This document shows, one piece after another, positions 62,941 to 64,000 of a stretch of DNA of 64,000 nt. The number at the start of each line of letters is the position of its first letter. Position 1 is the first letter of the stretch. Where the stretch lies: the NCBI GenBank assembly GCA_963575745.1, contig CAUYUJ010000259.1, positions 434,001 to 498,000 of the forward strand. Reading direction: 5' to 3'. A program made the position numbers and the translations under genes. The DNA is from Prorocentrum cordatum. Lineage: Eukaryota. The notes below the pieces were generated by a model that worked only from the letters and a program-made list of their open reading frames with translations, did not search any database and was not told the DNA's origin.

Positions 62941-64000
62941 CCTCCCTCCTCCTCCTCTCCTCCTCCTCCTCCTCCTCCCCCTCCTCCTCCTCCTCCTCCT
63001 CGGAAAACGCCCGCGGCGTTCCAAGGATCGAAGAAGAAAATAACGCCATGAGCATAAACCTTCGGCGCTCCGCGCGGGCTTCTCGGATCGGCGCCCGGCC
63101 CCCTCGGCGGCGCCTCCGGTGCAGCCTTGGCGAGCTCGGCTCGCCAGGGAGGGTGGTTCAGCGCGGAGCCGATTTTAGCCCCGACCCGGTCTTGTCCCGA
63201 TATCCTGTCTTCGTCTGAGCCTGGCACCGCGCGGAAGAGGCCCCTTAAAACGACGCGAAGATCGGGACAAAATCGGATCGGGATAACTCGAAATTTCTGA
63301 GAATCGGCGGGTTTGGAGGATGTATTGGGCGCCGCGGCCGCTCCAGAGCGTTCCGGAACGCTCTGAGAGCGCTCCGGAACGCTCTGGAGCGATTTATCCC
63401 GATCTTAGCTGTGTTTTACCCCTCGTCGGAGGAGCATGGGGACCCATGCCGCGAATCGCCTCGCTTGCCTCCAGGGTGCACATGGGCTTCTTGGGTTTCG
63501 CTGGTTCTGCGATGGAGAGCTTGACGCTCCCACACCAAAAATCGTAGGACGTCCTGGGATCTCAGGGTTGGGTTCCTTGTGAAAGGTTTCTTGTATTCGG
63601 GCCCCTACAGTGGGAATACATGCGAAGAAACACCCTGCTTGTCTCCAGGGTGCCCTCGGTTTCTTGCGCTCCGACGGTTTTGCTGTGGAAAGCGTGTCGT
63701 TCCGACGCCAAAAATCAATGGACGTCCTGGGATGTCAGGGTCAGGTTCCTTTTGGACAATTTCTTGCGGTCGGGCCCCCACTGTACTGTACGTTCCCTGC
63801 TTTCCCAGATGTCCAGGATCTCCAAGATCTCCTGCTGTGGTCCCACGGGCTGCAGAGTCGAGGGAGGCCAGGTTCTCCGGAATCCCTGGAGTGCATCTTG
63901 GGTCAATGGTTCGGGGGTTGCCAGAGGTGCCCCTGGCCCAACATGCCCCCCAGCTTTTCGCCCCGTTGGGAGCCCCCTCGAGCCACCAGAGCCTCGCAAT

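Overview
GC-rich eukaryotic genomic DNA dominated by simple repeats: (TAC)n, (GGA)n, (GTT)n, (GAT)n and (CATA)n arrays, minisatellites, and many families of short elements bounded by inverted repeats. Almost all ORFs in the supplied track are translations of these repeats. One real gene can be rebuilt by hand: a plus-strand methionine-R-sulfoxide reductase (msrB/SelR family) split into at least five short exons (35809-35858, 37170-37247, 41052-41150, 43407-43480, 45139-~45193). Its four introns (1.3-3.8 kb) all use non-GT donors (three GC, one GA) and AG|G acceptors. This splice grammar and repeat landscape point to a dinoflagellate nuclear genome (inference). The protein keeps both Zn-binding CxxC motifs and the catalytic Cys, but has His where the resolving Cys usually sits. 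Its 5' exon(s) and stop codon are unresolved. Several decayed non-LTR retrotransposon fragments are present: an RNase H-bearing piece inside msrB intron 2, RT pieces, and a probable REL-endonuclease piece. A second multi-exon gene at ~12.3-31.6 kb is possible but unproven. I found no rRNA, tRNA or CRISPR, and no evidence of a novel multi-gene system.
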